NCBI GenBank assembly: GCA_024256285.1
Contig: JACGUG010000002.1
Span: 7,427 to 71,426, forward strand
Origin: an archaeon
GTDB lineage: Archaea; Thermoproteota; Nitrososphaeria; Nitrososphaerales; JACAEJ01
Length of the DNA stretch: 64,000 bases
Direction of reading: 5' to 3'
In this document: positions 9,560 to 17,442 of the stretch, one piece after another
Position numbering within the stretch: the stretch's first letter is position 1
How the letters are laid out: every line of letters starts with the position of its first letter
Notes under the pieces: model-generated
Seen by the model: only the letters and a program-made list of their open reading frames with translations
Databases searched by the model: none
Told to the model about the DNA's origin: nothing
Position numbers and translations under genes: made by a program

Positions 9560-11258
9560 CTATATTGTACAATCTCCTCCAGATGAGTCTATTAATCGCA
9601 AAAATGGTAATAATCATTGTTAAAACACATAATAAAATCAGGGCTACATTGCCCAATTCATAAGCTGCAATATCGAGCAATGCACCTATCCCCAAAACAG
9701 AGTAAATCTTCCCACCGAATATGATATATTCTGATACGATAAGGGCGTTCCAACCTCCGCCCCAACCAGTTATGCTCCCTGTAACGAAGGAAGGGTAGAT
9801 GGATGGCAAGAGAAGCCGTCGCCAATAAGTCTTCCCACTTACGTTAAAGGTCTTTGCAACCTCTTCCATATCCCCCGGGATCGACTTAACCCCTCCTATA
9901 AGGTTGAAGAGTAGATACCACTGCATTCCTGTAAGTATGAGCAGGATGGAGGCAAATTCTTGTCCGCCAGGCAGACCGATCATCAAAACCACTATGAAGG
10001 GGAACAGGGCTGTAGCAGGAATTGCAGCAAAGGTCTGAAAAAGTGGCATGAGGGACTTGAATAGTCTTGGACTCTTAGAGATCTTTACAGCAATGGGGAT
10101 AGTCCAACACACCGCAATTAAGTAGGCTATGAAGATACGTGCCACTGACAGAAGCATGGCTGAAGGGATTGAGGAGACGATATGGAGCGTTTCTTGTTCT
10201 GTAAAAAGTAGCTGGAAAGACTTAATGAAAAAAGGCCCTTGATCTAAGATTAGCAAGATTAACTCATATGCAATAGCAAAGATCACAGTAGTAATCGTCA
10301 CATATGAAAGTATTTTTGCAAACATGATATTTTCATATATCTTACCAACGATCCTTGTGAAAAAATTCCCTATTATAGAGAAGATGTTTGAAAATATTGT
10401 CACAATCTTGCTCGACAATTTATGGATAAGAGGCCTTGGATAGCGGGTCAGAAAATCGACCAGTCGGGAAAGAGGAAAAGTAACCTCCTTTGATGGCTCA
10501 ACGGTAACGACATATTCGTATTTGAAGCGAGTTGCATAAGACTCTAATGGTCTCCATACGAAAATGTCGATGAGTAGAATCGTGGCAACAAGGGTACCTA
10601 GCCCTAGAAAGGCGTTACCAAAATCACCAACATATGCAGATTTAGCAAGGAAACTGCCTATCCCTGGGAGAGTGTAGGTCTTCGAGCCGAGGGAGATTAT
10701 TTCAGCTGCAACGATGAAGTACCATCCACCTGCCCAAGACATGATGCCATTATACACTAGCCTATGAACAGTAACTGGGACATACACCCTCCTGATCCTC
10801 GTCCAGCCTTTAACACACAAAGACTCGGAAGCCTCCTCGAGATCCTTTGGGATGGACAATATGGACTCATAGACAGCGAAAGCAAGGTTCCAAGCCATGC
10901 TAGTGAAGATGAGAAATATAGCCGCAAACTCAACCCCGATCCAACTTTCGTTGAAAAGGGCTATGAAGAAGAAGACTGCTGCAGGAAAGAAACCAAGAAT
11001 GGGGATGGATTGAAGGACGTCTAGAAGGGGTATCAAGATCTTCTCGGCTCTGGCTCTTCGTGCAGCAACTATGCCATAGGTCATAGCGAAGGCTAAGGAA
11101 AGCAGAAAGGCGATGAACATCCTAAATAAGGAGCTTCCAGTGTAAAACAGGATTAAAAATAGGTTTGGTGGTAAGCTCGCTCCTTGAGCATCAACAGTTG
11201 GAATGAGTAGTAAGAAAGATAGACAGACCATTACCAAAATGACAATTCGCTTGCTCAT
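9531..11258 (-). CDS. ABC transporter permease, duplicated/fused transmembrane domains
   Basis: 575 aa and strongly hydrophobic. It has two permease-like halves and overlaps the ATPase gene by 29 nt. Confidence 0.8.
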   Translation of the reverse strand: MSKRIVILVMVCLSFLLLIPTVDAQGASLPPNLFLILFYTGSSLFRMFIAFLLSLAFAMTYGIVAARRARAEKILIPLLDVLQSIPILGFFPAAVFFFIALFNESWIGVEFAAIFLIFTSMAWNLAFAVYESILSIPKDLEEASESLCVKGWTRIRRVYVPVTVHRLVYNGIMSWAGGWYFIVAAEIISLGSKTYTLPGIGSFLAKSAYVGDFGNAFLGLGTLVATILLIDIFVWRPLESYATRFKYEYVVTVEPSKEVTFPLSRLVDFLTRYPRPLIHKLSSKIVTIFSNIFSIIGNFFTRIVGKIYENIMFAKILSYVTITTVIFAIAYELILLILDQGPFFIKSFQLLFTEQETLHIVSSIPSAMLLSVARIFIAYLIAVCWTIPIAVKISKSPRLFKSLMPLFQTFAAIPATALFPFIVVLMIGLPGGQEFASILLILTGMQWYLLFNLIGGVKSIPGDMEEVAKTFNVSGKTYWRRLLLPSIYPSFVTGSITGWGGGWNALIVSEYIIFGGKIYSVLGIGALLDIAAYELGNVALILLCVLTMIITIFAINRLIWRRLYNIVVGRYRIEY

Positions 11259-11293
11259 CCAACTCTGACCAGCAGAGATTAGTAAAAAGTGAT

Positions 11294-11300
11294 TATATAG
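11294..11300 (-). promoter_or_regulatory. candidate TATA box of the ABC operon
   Basis: The minus strand reads CCTATATAATCAC. The TATATAA ends 34 nt upstream of the permease ATG (11258). Confidence 0.3.
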
Positions 11301-11637
11301 GCTTAACGGCTTTACAGTGTCGAGATCAGATATTGAGAGAGGGACGATTCCCGAACTTTGGTGGTGTGTAAGATGTTATGAAGGCGGAGAAACTCCCGCC
11401 TTTCAGCAGAAAATAACACAAACGCTGGTTTGCCTCAATGAGGCAGACCAATAAATATCTGTCCCTAAGCACTTTTCGATCAAATTAAATGATCTTCACA
11501 GAGAAGAAATGAAATAAATATCCTCTGGGCATCCCCCTCCCCTCTAAATCCGACCATTTTCTAAAAGATTGTCTTAAAATGTCTAAGAAAATTGATTAAT
11601 GTAGTTATTATCTGCCAGATAGAACTTAGTTGTAACT

Positions 11638-11861
11638 GTGTCTAAGGATCCTTTCGAGATTTTGTATGATACTTGTGGCGAAGTTCTCTACAGGGGGATA
11701 GGGCTTAAGCCTTCAAAAGACATCCAGAAGAATCTGGTTTTAAATGTAAGAAATATGGTGCTCGTCTCTCGATTACCGATTTTATCTTGGAGGTAGTAGA
11801 TGCTATGGATCCATCCATGATGCATGGTAAAGATGTGAAAGATGGATTTGATACCCCATAG
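11638..11861 (+). pseudogene. possible decayed small zinc-ribbon gene (frameshift plus two Cys->Tyr)
   Basis: Frame 1 from GTG gives VSKDPFEILYDTCGEVLYRGIGLK. A shifted frame continues ..FKRHPEESGFKCKKYGARLSITDFILEVVDAMDPSMMHGKDVKDGFDTP*. The two knuckles read YDTCG and CKKYG. In both, the TAT (Tyr) is one transition away from TGT (Cys). Confidence 0.25.
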
Positions 11862-12215
11862 CTATTTCATAAATTCTATCTCGCAGAAAGATAAGTTGAG
11901 CAACCTGTCAAAGACTAAATAAGGGAATGCCTCCAATTATAGATTCGCCCAACTTATCCTGTAAAAGAGTGCAAGGAAGGAGTGAGAAGTTTTAGTAAAA
12001 TCTGTACTAAAATTTTGCGAAGATCTATGTAGGCACAAACCAACAACCACACCGATGATCTTTTCTGCCTATAAAAACGTTCCCAACCAAGGATTTAGAA
12101 AGAGAGTAAAGAGTCGTTATTACATCATCTCGTAATCTTATCAAGCGAGACTTCTACTTCCCGAAGAAAGGATAAATACTTTGGGTTCGAATAAAGACAA
12201 TCTTGAGGAATAGAA

Positions 12216-12839
12216 ATGACTGAAATAATAACTAGCATAGAAACCTTAGTTGAAGTGCTTACTGATACTCTGACCGAGTTATATGTCGAAAAAGAGATGA
12301 GAGATAGTGAGATAGAGATTGATTATGAATCTCTGCCGATGATGCGTGAAGCAATTGTAAAAGGTCTCCCTCTTGATGATAAAAGCGAACTTATAGTGTC
12401 TATGCTTACAGCCAAAAAAATGAGAACTGAGCATCCTGAAGTGTTGATGAATGTGCTTCCTTCTATTCAATCATCGGTTTTAGACTACTTGAAGGGATTG
12501 AAGGAATGGTTTGTGAAAAAATTCGCCAAAGCCAAAGATAAGCTGGAAGAGTTAGCACATAAGATAATAGATGAAGCTAAGAATTTGGGTGCAACTATTG
12601 CTGAAGTGCTAAGGCGAATGCAGACAAAGATAATTGAATTCCTTTTAAAGGGAGCAGTTGTGAATGAATTTACAGTAGGTAGTGGGACAGCTTCAAAGAT
12701 TTTTAATCTGATTGATGTTACTTTTAGCTATTCTATAAAGGGTGCCCCTGTGCTTCCTGAGATGACGATCACCTCTATTGTAGGCTTCTTGAAATCTCTT
12801 CCCGAGTTTTCCATTACTGTGTCAGCAAAATACCAATAA
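12216..12839 (+). CDS. hypothetical protein (helical N-terminal half, beta-rich C-terminal half)
   Basis: 207-aa ORF with no motif I recognise. A spot GC count is about 37 percent. It has an ATG start 8 nt downstream of a GAGGAA. Confidence 0.55.
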   Translation: MTEIITSIETLVEVLTDTLTELYVEKEMRDSEIEIDYESLPMMREAIVKGLPLDDKSELIVSMLTAKKMRTEHPEVLMNVLPSIQSSVLDYLKGLKEWFVKKFAKAKDKLEELAHKIIDEAKNLGATIAEVLRRMQTKIIEFLLKGAVVNEFTVGSGTASKIFNLIDVTFSYSIKGAPVLPEMTITSIVGFLKSLPEFSITVSAKYQ

Positions 12840-12908
12840 AGGAAGGCTATCAAAATGTTGTTTTAAATATGTTTTTTAGAAACAAAAAGGTGAAGAGGCC
12901 TAACTTAC

Positions 12909-13121
12909 CTATATATGGTGTAGGAGATTCTTACGTTTCTCCTTTGCCCATTCAGTATAAAACCCGATGGCAGCGATAACCATTAAGATAATCGTACTGT
13001 AGTTCAATTCCCACCATGTCATCGGGCAACCTACTACATATCTGACAGCACCTATCACCTGAAGTATAGAGGCGATAGTAAGAATAACTGCCGCAGTCGA
13101 CATGCCCGCTGACTTCTTCAT
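12909..13121 (-). CDS. small membrane protein (2 predicted TM helices)
   Basis: 70 aa with hydrophobic segments AAVILTIASILQVIGAV and TIILMVIAAIGFY. It is convergent with the previous ORF. Confidence 0.5.
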   Translation of the reverse strand: MKKSAGMSTAAVILTIASILQVIGAVRYVVGCPMTWWELNYSTIILMVIAAIGFYTEWAKEKRKNLLHHI

Positions 13122-13167
13122 CTTTTTATCACCACAAATAATTATAATAAAAAATATTCTTATGATG

Positions 13168-13215
13168 AAAAGGTGTAGGCTTAACCATCAACCCGCCCCA
13201 ATAGATTGGGAGACT
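13168..13215 (-). repeat. dispersed ~50-nt element, copy 1 (candidate sRNA/terminator module)
   Basis: The minus strand reads AGTCTCCCAATCTATTGGGGCGGGTTGATGGTTAAGCCTACACCTTTT. It shares the GTCTCCCA, CTATTG and TACACC-Tn blocks with the copies at 23013, 26891 and 37965. Confidence 0.6.
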
Positions 13216-13281
13216 AGACATTTGATTTTATAGGGATAGCAAAAGGTTATACTTTTTAAGTTTGAAGTAGAATCTATCCTT

Positions 13282-14061
13282 ATGCAGTCCAAAATCTACA
13301 AAGAGCCTCAACTCAAGGATCCGTACATGGTTGCGGGACTCCCTGGCATAGGTTATGTTGCAAAGCTGTCGGTTGACTACTTGATCAAGGAATTGAAAGC
13401 GGAGCTATTTGAGGAGCTTTATTCCTCATCGTTCCCATCTTATGTTCTAATCAGGAAAGATGGTACAGTCGAACTTCTAAAGAACGAATTCTATTACTGG
13501 AAAGATGACAAATCAAAAAATGACCTAATACTTTTTACTGGAAATACACAGGCGATCTCTTCAGAGGGACAGTATGAGGTTGCTAATGAAGTTTTAAACA
13601 GAGCCGAGAAGTTTAAAGTCGAAAAGCTCTTTGCATTGGCAGCCTATGTAACAGATAAACCAGTTGAAAAACCAAAAGTCTACGGAGCTGTCACTGAACA
13701 AGAACTACTGGAGGAGCTTAAAAAATATAAGGTCTTATCGATGGATGCTGGGAGTATCACTGGTACCAACGGACTGCTATTTGGGCTTGCAAAACTTAGG
13801 GACATTCAGAGCATCTGTTTGCTAAGTGAAACTCCTGGCTACAGGACTTCATCAGGTAACTTTCTGGCCGATGTAAGATCTGCTCAATCACTACTAGAAG
13901 TTTTGAGTAAGATGTTAGGCATAAAGATCGATATGAAGCCTTTAGAAAAAGAGGCCAAAGTGGCTGAAGAGTTCACTCGAAAAATGGAAGAATTAAAACG
14001 TCAGCAGGCTGAGATGATGCATAGGGCTGTTACCCCTCCACCAAAAGATATCTACACCTAA
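13282..14061 (+). CDS. PAC2-family proteasome assembly chaperone-like protein
   Basis: 259 aa. GLPGIGYVAKLSVDYLIKEL is the N-terminal signature of PAC2/PbaB-like proteins. Confidence 0.7.
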   Translation: MQSKIYKEPQLKDPYMVAGLPGIGYVAKLSVDYLIKELKAELFEELYSSSFPSYVLIRKDGTVELLKNEFYYWKDDKSKNDLILFTGNTQAISSEGQYEVANEVLNRAEKFKVEKLFALAAYVTDKPVEKPKVYGAVTEQELLEELKKYKVLSMDAGSITGTNGLLFGLAKLRDIQSICLLSETPGYRTSSGNFLADVRSAQSLLEVLSKMLGIKIDMKPLEKEAKVAEEFTRKMEELKRQQAEMMHRAVTPPPKDIYT

Positions 14062-14070
14062 GGTGGAACT

Positions 14071-14769
14071 ATGGCTTGGATAGAATACACCGGACAACCA
14101 GTAGTAAAAGAGGCCACAGCTATTGTAGGTTCTCCTGGACTAGGATCGATCGGGAAGATAGCAGTAGACTATTTAGTTGAAGAACTTCGACCGAAACTGG
14201 TTGCTGAGTTGTACTCGCCTCATTTTCCTATTCTTTACCAAACAAAGCCTTCCTATGTAACACATCCAGACTTCCCTGGTCAAGCCGGTATTAAGTTTCA
14301 AAGAGGCCAGGTGGAGCTCATAAAAGTTGAGTTCTACTCCTTAGCATCCCCACCACTATTGATAACTAAAGGATACCATGCCAATTTTAAAGGACAGTAC
14401 GAAGTAGCTGATCGAGTTTTGGATTTGTATCAAGAATTCGGAGTTAAGCGAATGATCGTACTCGCAGGTTATGGAACGGAAGGAAGAGATGTCTGCTGTG
14501 CTGCTACCGATCTGGAGCTCTTAGAAGAGCTAATGAAGTGCGGTATTAGTACAGGATACGAAGGCCCATTTTATGGTTTATCAGGACTTGTTTTTGGTCT
14601 AGGAATGCTAAGAGGCATAAGAGGTATGTGTCTATTTGGTAGAACTCAACCAAACCTAGTGGATCCAGAATATCCAGATCCAAAGGCAGCAAAAGCAGTA
14701 TTGGAGAGACTTAGTAGTCTGCTTAATTTTACCATAGATTTCTCAAAATTAGATGAGAAAAGAATTTGA
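14071..14769 (+). CDS. PAC2-family proteasome assembly chaperone-like protein (tandem paralog)
   Basis: 232 aa. GSPGLGSIGKIAVDYLVEEL is paralogous to the preceding gene. Confidence 0.7.
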   Translation: MAWIEYTGQPVVKEATAIVGSPGLGSIGKIAVDYLVEELRPKLVAELYSPHFPILYQTKPSYVTHPDFPGQAGIKFQRGQVELIKVEFYSLASPPLLITKGYHANFKGQYEVADRVLDLYQEFGVKRMIVLAGYGTEGRDVCCAATDLELLEELMKCGISTGYEGPFYGLSGLVFGLGMLRGIRGMCLFGRTQPNLVDPEYPDPKAAKAVLERLSSLLNFTIDFSKLDEKRI

Positions 14770-15005
14770 TGTAACTACCTTATTCGATGATAAGCTTCAA
14801 TATAGATCATCATCGTCGCCCAAACCAAGCCCCAGCTCTATCCAGCAAGAAGGACGAGGATAGGAAAAGTAGATATTTCGATGAAGGTTAATCCATTTCC
14901 TCCTTTACAACTCAGGAAGATCTCTGAATGACTGTAAGTAAGAAAGATCATTATTAAATGGGATCGTGTTGAACTTAATAATAATAGGATCGGGTAGACA
15001 ATGCC

Positions 15006-15620
15006 TTGAGAACTCTCATAATTAACAACTATTTGGATTCGAAGAAGGTCGAAGAGCTAACAGATGCTGTTAGGTTATTCAGTGATTATGAGGTCATAGA
15101 GTATCGAAAGACAGGATCTGGGTTCAAAGTTCCTAACGAATTCGATGCAATCGTTCTCTCAGGGTCTGAAGCAAGGATCGTCAAAGCTGGGCATGTCAAG
15201 ATGTACGAGGGAGTCGCCAATTTGATTGAGAATGTGAAATTACCGATTCTGGGAATCTGCTTTGGCCATCAACTTGTTTGTTTAGTATTTGGAGCTCAGG
15301 TTGGAGCACTAAAGAAGCCGGTGGAAACTTTTGAGAACGTCCGTATAGTTAAAAAGAACGGGTTGTTCTCAGGCTTCGAAGTCGGAGAAAAAATTCCTCT
15401 AGCTGAACATCATAATGACTACGTGAAGAAGAGAAGCTTGGAGAAGGCTAAACTTGAATTGCTTGCAGATTCATCGTCTTGCGAGGTCGAAGCGGTTAGA
15501 CACTTGACAAAACCCTTCTACGGGATTCAGTTCCATGCAGAACGGGTGCGTATAGGAAAAGAGGAGCATAGCGAAGGACTACATATAATTGGAAACTTCT
15601 TCGAGACTTCTAGAAGGTAA
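15006..15620 (+). CDS. class I glutamine amidotransferase
   Basis: ILGICFGHQL carries the nucleophile Cys and IQFHAE the His/Glu. The start is TTG in the ORF track. Confidence 0.8.
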   Translation: MRTLIINNYLDSKKVEELTDAVRLFSDYEVIEYRKTGSGFKVPNEFDAIVLSGSEARIVKAGHVKMYEGVANLIENVKLPILGICFGHQLVCLVFGAQVGALKKPVETFENVRIVKKNGLFSGFEVGEKIPLAEHHNDYVKKRSLEKAKLELLADSSSCEVEAVRHLTKPFYGIQFHAERVRIGKEEHSEGLHIIGNFFETSRR

Positions 15621-15750
15621 AACTTAGTGTTAGACATATCTATAAAAGGTGTCCAAGATTTATTTCAAGAGACATCATCTTAAAGTTTAGCTCTCATATC
15701 GTCAAAAAACTATAAAAGATTGTTTACTACTGTTGTTGAACACGATATGA

Positions 15751-16560
15751 TTGGTGTTCAGCATCGAATTTGTGGCACTCCTATTGATCGGAGTGGCTAT
15801 CGGTGCTTTTGGAGTACTTGTTGGAGCAGCAGGTGGTTTCCTAACCGTTCCACTATTGATATCTGGGTTTGTACTTGAACCAAGGATTGCTGTTGGGACT
15901 AGCTTACTGTTCATGTTCTCCAGCACACTATCTGGTAGTATAGCATACTCTAGGCAAGGAAGAGTAGATTTCCGCATAGGATTGTTATTTGCAACCTTGA
16001 CTATACCTGGATCTATCCTTGGTGCTCATATTACGGGATATTTCGAACCAAATCTGTTCAAAATACTCTTTGCGACGATTCTTCTCCTTGCCTCCATCTT
16101 TCCAGTTGTGAAACCGATTGAGGAGAGTGTTATCCCCAAGCTTCGAAACGGATACGTGCGAACGCTAACAGATCGCTATAGGAAAAACTGGGAGTATGTG
16201 GTTGATCTGCCTCGTGGACTCCTCTTCAGTCTGGCTATAGGATTCGCCTCCAGCATCTTCGGAATAGGAGGGGGGCTCATCTATGTCCCTGTGATGATAT
16301 TTCTCCTAGGCTTCCCAACTCACATATCGGTAGCTACGTCACGGTTCATAGTCACCTTCATCACCCTTGCAGGCTTTCTCTCCCATGCATCATTAGGGAA
16401 TGTCCAATATGACTTTGCAATACCGATGGCATTAGGCGGAGTAATTGGTGGGCAGGTTGGCGCCATGATCTCCCGTAAGACAAGAGGCACCATAATACAA
16501 AGGCTACTCGGTCTGACCCTGATTCTTGTTGCTGCAAAACTCATATTGGAGATCGTGTAG
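15751..16560 (+). CDS. TSUP (TauE/SafE) family anion exporter
   Basis: 269 aa, polytopic, with the duplicated 4-TM pattern and GxGGG motifs (GAAGGF, GIGGGL). Confidence 0.8.
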   Translation: MVFSIEFVALLLIGVAIGAFGVLVGAAGGFLTVPLLISGFVLEPRIAVGTSLLFMFSSTLSGSIAYSRQGRVDFRIGLLFATLTIPGSILGAHITGYFEPNLFKILFATILLLASIFPVVKPIEESVIPKLRNGYVRTLTDRYRKNWEYVVDLPRGLLFSLAIGFASSIFGIGGGLIYVPVMIFLLGFPTHISVATSRFIVTFITLAGFLSHASLGNVQYDFAIPMALGGVIGGQVGAMISRKTRGTIIQRLLGLTLILVAAKLILEIV

Positions 16561-16586
16561 AGAAACAAGTAGAAGAATCGGATAAG

Positions 16587-16675
16587 CGGGCCCGGTGGGA
16601 TTTGAACCCACGACCTCTGGCTCCGGAGGCTTACGCAACTTTACAGCGCCCTGATCCATGCTAGGCTACGGACCC
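16587..16675 (-). tRNA. tRNA-Arg (anticodon CCG) with a 13-nt intron at non-canonical position 29/30
   Basis: The hand-folded cloverleaf has acceptor stem GGGTCCG/CGGGCCC, D arm GCCT..GGGC, T arm GTGGG-TTCAAAT-CCCAC and variable loop AGGTC. The anticodon arm CTGGC-CTCCGGA-GCCAG forms only after removing TAAAGTTGCGTAA (plus-strand 16631-16643). No CCA is encoded. Confidence 0.85.
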
Positions 16676-16725
16676 ATCTTATTACATCTCACACATATAT
16701 ATAACAACTAAATTTTATCCATTAG

Positions 16726-17430
16726 GTGCTTTTGATGGATTTGAAGGGCTTTGCTATCGATATCGATGGTACTATAACTGAAGATGGGGGGGTTATCAAC
16801 CTCGATGCTGCCTATGCTCTACGCTGGCTTAATAAGATGGGCTATAAAGTGATATTCGTAAGTGGTAGGAGTGCATGGGAGGTTCTGGCTTTATCTGTCT
16901 ACATGGGCACCACAAGAGTAGCAGTAGGAGAGAATGGGGGGGTTGTTGCAACTTCCCCTATAGATATGTTCTTATTGGCAGACATATCTCATAGCATGAT
17001 GGCTTATGATCATCTCTCTAAAAAGATCAAAAATGTTAAGAAGAAAAAGGTCTTTCCCCGCCTCACTGAAGTCGTCTTAGAGAGAAATTTCAACCTTAAT
17101 GAAGGGAGAAAGATCCTTGATGAGAGTGGTCTGCCGGTCACGATTCATGACAGCAAGTATGGTTACCATCTATCACATAGGGCAGTAAGTAAGGCAAGTG
17201 GTCTGAAAATTGCTGCGAAGAGTCTTGGGTTGGATGTGAGCCAGATCATTGCTATTGGCGATAGTGACATAGACATCCCTATGTTCGAAGTATGTGGTTA
17301 CAGCGTGGCACTTGGAAATGCACCAGAGAACGTGAAGAAAAAGGCCGACTTCTCTGTGAATGTCAGCATGGGCGAAGGCTTTTTAGAGGCCATCCAGCAT
17401 ATCACCAACAAATTCATGAAAATTCATTGA
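16726..17430 (+). CDS. HAD-superfamily phosphatase (archaeal phosphoglycolate phosphatase/Cof-like)
   Basis: AIDIDGTIT is the DxDxT motif and GDSDIDIPMF is motif IV. An alternative ATG lies at 16735. Confidence 0.7.
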   Translation: MLLMDLKGFAIDIDGTITEDGGVINLDAAYALRWLNKMGYKVIFVSGRSAWEVLALSVYMGTTRVAVGENGGVVATSPIDMFLLADISHSMMAYDHLSKKIKNVKKKKVFPRLTEVVLERNFNLNEGRKILDESGLPVTIHDSKYGYHLSHRAVSKASGLKIAAKSLGLDVSQIIAIGDSDIDIPMFEVCGYSVALGNAPENVKKKADFSVNVSMGEGFLEAIQHITNKFMKIH

Positions 17431-17442
17431 CGAGGAGACGCT

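Noticed and set aside
11321-11360. A TGAGAGA...CCCGAAC stretch faintly reminiscent of a TPP riboswitch core, upstream of the ABC operon.
   Set aside because: The conserved ACCUGAUCUGGAUAAUGCCAGCG-type segment is absent. The stretch lies upstream of the likely TATA box, so it would not be in the operon leader.
12183-12192. GGGTTCGAAT, matching a tRNA T-arm.
   Set aside because: No complementary closing strand or acceptor stem follows, and 10 nt is not enough to call a tRNA fragment or att site.
15702-15977. 91-aa minus-strand ORF overlapping the TSUP gene start.
   Set aside because: It is the shadow of a GC-balanced membrane-protein gene, and its translation is Pro/Ser/Thr-rich with no features.
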